Source of the DNA: Candidatus Saccharimonadota bacterium | GTDB taxonomy: Bacteria > Bacillota_I > Bacilli_A > Mycoplasmatales > Hepatoplasmataceae | DNA length: 32,000 nucleotides | Assembly: GCA_027925225.1 (NCBI GenBank) | Contig: AP027131.1 | Location: forward strand, 300,001 to 332,000 | Direction of reading: 5' to 3' | Shown here: in pieces, positions 31,746-32,000 of the stretch | Position numbering within the stretch: the first letter of the stretch is position 1 | How the letters are laid out: each line of letters opens with the position of its first letter | Notes under the pieces: generated by a model | Databases searched by the model: none | Seen by the model: only the letters and a program-made list of their open reading frames with translations | What the model was told of the DNA's origin: nothing | Made by a program: the position numbers and the translations under genes

Positions 31746-32000
31746 TTATGATTCTCTTCTGAAAATTTTTGGAGATGTTCCAATACCAACACCATAAATT
31801 TTGTTGTATATATTATTTTCAATTAATTTTATATTATCAGTCTCAGATGATACAGTTATTTCTGATCCATCTTTTTTACCTAGTCAAAATTGATTTCCAT
31901 TAATATCATAAGTATTAAAACCTGAAAAAGCACTAATTTGCTTATCTAAACTTCCAATGGTTGTATATTCAGTAGTTCATATATGATTATGTTTAATAAT
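31746..32000 (-). CDS. Fibre-family protein F, C-terminal 84 codons only (the gene runs off the window)
   Basis: Translation is IIKHNHIWTTEYTTIGS...FSGFNTYDINGNQFWLGKKDG...IYGVGIGTSPKIFRRES*, with TAA at 31746-31748. It is closest to protein D. Confidence 0.75.

Overview
Extremely AT-rich bacterial chromosome segment, judged by eye. It must be read with genetic code 4 (TGA = Trp): the invariant sigma-70 motif WWIRQ is encoded TGA-TGA at 9717-9722. This points to a Mollicutes-type genome, and the standard-code ORF track therefore fragments almost every real gene. I re-joined fragments only where I checked frame and the absence of TAA/TAG. Layout: (1) 0.1-5.5 kb, plus strand: a large coiled-coil/HhH protein, efp, and three tandem deoxynucleoside-kinase paralogs. 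(2) 5.4-13.9 kb, minus strand: DEAD-box helicase, NIF3, a TM-anchored PD-(D/E)xK nuclease, a heptad-repeat protein, trmK, rpoD, dnaG and glyS, the conserved glyS-dnaG-rpoD-trmK-NIF3 block. glyS carries an in-frame ~88-codon insert that is nucleotide-homologous to the 3' end of the neighbouring rpoD. (3) 13.9-26.6 kb: a rearranged accessory region that looks like three tandem copies of one unit (glyS 5' end, restriction-modification slot, lepA, 3' end of a fibre gene). The copies have different cargo in the R-M slot: a C5-methyltransferase-HNH single ORF, a small PUA/EVE-like ORF, and a type IIG R-M-S fusion. Both lepA copies are broken by different lesions. (4) 25.8-32 kb, minus strand: an array of paralogous fibre-like genes with 0-8 copies of a 43-63 aa GINPW repeat, a coiled coil and a shared C-terminal domain reminiscent of phage tail-collar domains. 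None has a signal peptide. No rRNA, tRNA, CRISPR, transposase or integrase was recognised. All homology statements come from my reading of motifs, not from database searches.
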